NCBI RefSeq assembly: GCF_006345805.1
Contig: NC_043003.1
Span: 71,610,001 to 71,674,000 of the forward strand
DNA from: Octopus sinensis
Taxonomy: Eukaryota
Length of the DNA stretch: 64,000 bases
Direction: 5' to 3'
Part shown: positions 61,801 through 64,000 of the stretch, piece by piece
How positions within the stretch are numbered: the stretch's first letter is position 1
How the letters are laid out: each line of letters opens with the position of its first letter
The notes under the pieces: model-generated
Database searches by the model: none
What the model was told of the DNA's origin: nothing
The model's input: only the letters and a program-made list of their open reading frames with translations
Translations under genes and position numbers: made by a program

Positions 61801-62464
61801 AGAATTATTATTATTATTATTATTATTACTTTCTTAGTGTGGTGTCTAGTCACAAATTCTCCATGGAAGTACACTTAATATATATTTGAGTGTATATATA
61901 CTCTACTGACTTGCATCATTTATATTTACAGGTGTACACATAGATAATTTAATGGAATGTTCATGAAACAACAAACATAATTGTAATACAAGAAAATAGT
62001 TCATAGTTACTGAAGATCAAAGAAGTAATCAATGTGCATGATTCAACACTGTAACTGAAGATTGGTGCTTTTTGTTGACTATGATATAAACATGTTAAAT
62101 AAGAAAAAGTGAGAGAACAAGAGGCTAACTAAGCAGAGTGATGTAGTTTCACAAGTAGTGATGAGCAGCTCTAGTCAGCCGTTGAATCTTTCTATTTTTT
62201 ATAAACATAAACCAAATTTTCTAGAAACTTGTAACAAGCCTTTGAAGTTTGCCATATCATCATAACAAGCTAGCCAATGCCTCTTGGTTAAGCCATGTTT
62301 GTGTAGGCATTAATGCTTTTCTATGTTAATACCGCTGGTCATGGCCCTGAGCTGTGAAAATTTGAGAGTGTTAGTTCAAAACTCAGCAGGATCCTCACTG
62401 CATTCTTCTTCTTCTTCCTATTATTATTATTATTTTTATTATTATTATCATCATCATCATCATC

Positions 62465-62860
62465 AAGGTGGTGAGCTGGCAGAATCATTGGTACACCGGG
62501 CGAAACACTTAATGGTATTTTGTCTGTTGCTATGATGCTTAGTTCAAATTCTGCCAAGGTTGACTTTATCCTTTTATCCTCTTGGGGTTGATAAATTAAG
62601 TACCCTCTCCCAAATTTCAGGCCCTGTGCCTTTAGGAGAAAGGATTCTTCTTCGTCTTCTTCTTATTATTATTATTATTATCCTTATTATCATTATCATT
62701 ATTAGTAGTAATAGTATTGTTTCTCAAATGCCACTGAAGTCAATTTTCATCTAATTGGGTTTAACAAAATAAGTACCAATCAAATACTGGAGATCAATGT
62801 AATTGATGACTTCCTTCCCTTAAAATGTTAGGTCCCTTGTGCTTAAAGTAAGAAAGAATT
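62465..62860 (+). mobile_element. Two SINE family A copies with (ATT)n tails
   Basis: Heads at ~62465 and ~62720. Confidence 0.78.
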
Positions 62861-63696
62861 ATTACTATTATTATTATTATTATTATTAATATTATTTTGC
62901 TTTGAGGAGAATGATTTTACATTTTAGCCCCAAACAGCAACAACTTTTTTCTATCATATATCATGCAATTAAACTTCTGTACAAAATAACAGAAATAGAT
63001 TTGCTCAAAGCTTATATAAGTTAGCAGCTAAAAATGTCAAGAAATTGACAGCATCACACACTACACTTCCAGCACATTGAACACGCCCAAATTCACTATT
63101 TTGCATAACCTATTAAACCACTTATTCTAAAAATCCTCTACTTTCACATACCATTCACCACTGTGTGTATTTATAATCTTTCATAATTTTAGAATAGCCA
63201 CTAAATTAGTGATCAAGTGACAAATTAATTATAGTATAAAGCAATCAAATGTTCTCACTTTATTGATGCTATTTTCCATTCATGATACATTTATTATTAA
63301 CTTAGAGTGGAAGAGTAGATCAAATTGTTAAATACTGAACAATTTAATCACTGACATAAACAGAAGTTTATTTTAACTTCAGAGGAAGAAAATTCCAGAT
63401 GAAAACTCAACTTGGACTCAAAAGTACTGGAAAGGATACCATATAATCAGTAATATAGATTATATATTTTTGAATCTCTTCTTTCTATTCCAGCTCCTTA
63501 TTGCAAATGCTAAACTTGTTGAGTGGTTATTCAAATAATTATGAAAGGCAAACAATTTGCATACTTGAATTTGTAGGTGTGATGAACCAATCATAATATT
63601 TTAATAAAGTTTCAAGAATGTAAAGAGAATAACACTTCTAAGACAATCCTGATAAATGTTAAACTGTACTACAGAATATGCCAATAATTTTATATA

Positions 63697-64000
<304 letters not shown>

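Overview
AT-rich, repeat-dominated animal genomic DNA; the SINE, MITE and LINE families resemble ones I recall from Octopus genomes, so cephalopod origin is an inference. No rRNA, bona fide tRNA, CRISPR array or confidently identifiable host gene is present; one weak candidate exon lies at about 16.3-16.5 kb on the minus strand. The window is a layered graveyard of transposons: two CR1/L2-group LINE families (one young, with an intact 805-aa 5'-truncated ORF and a near-identical second copy), RTE and R4/Dong LINE fragments, Penelope-like (PLE) GIY-YIG fragments, Tc1/mariner relics (Tc1, mariner DD34D, maT DD37D, DD41D), hAT and TTAA (piggyBac-type) MITEs, two Helitron-type non-autonomous elements, many tRNA-derived SINEs and long (TA)n arrays. 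The most striking signal is a dense set of minimal type I hammerhead ribozyme motifs: 13 traceable copies from 6 unrelated sequence families, plus decayed ones, most in fold-back units. They include a head-to-tail 489-nt monomer bounded by two hammerheads (retrozyme/circRNA-like architecture, 29.0-29.9 kb) and a near-perfect 340-bp palindrome carrying a hammerhead in each arm. Two LINE families and a SINE also share a covarying 3' stem-loop motif. All structures were read by eye; no folding or database searches were run, and many element boundaries are approximate.
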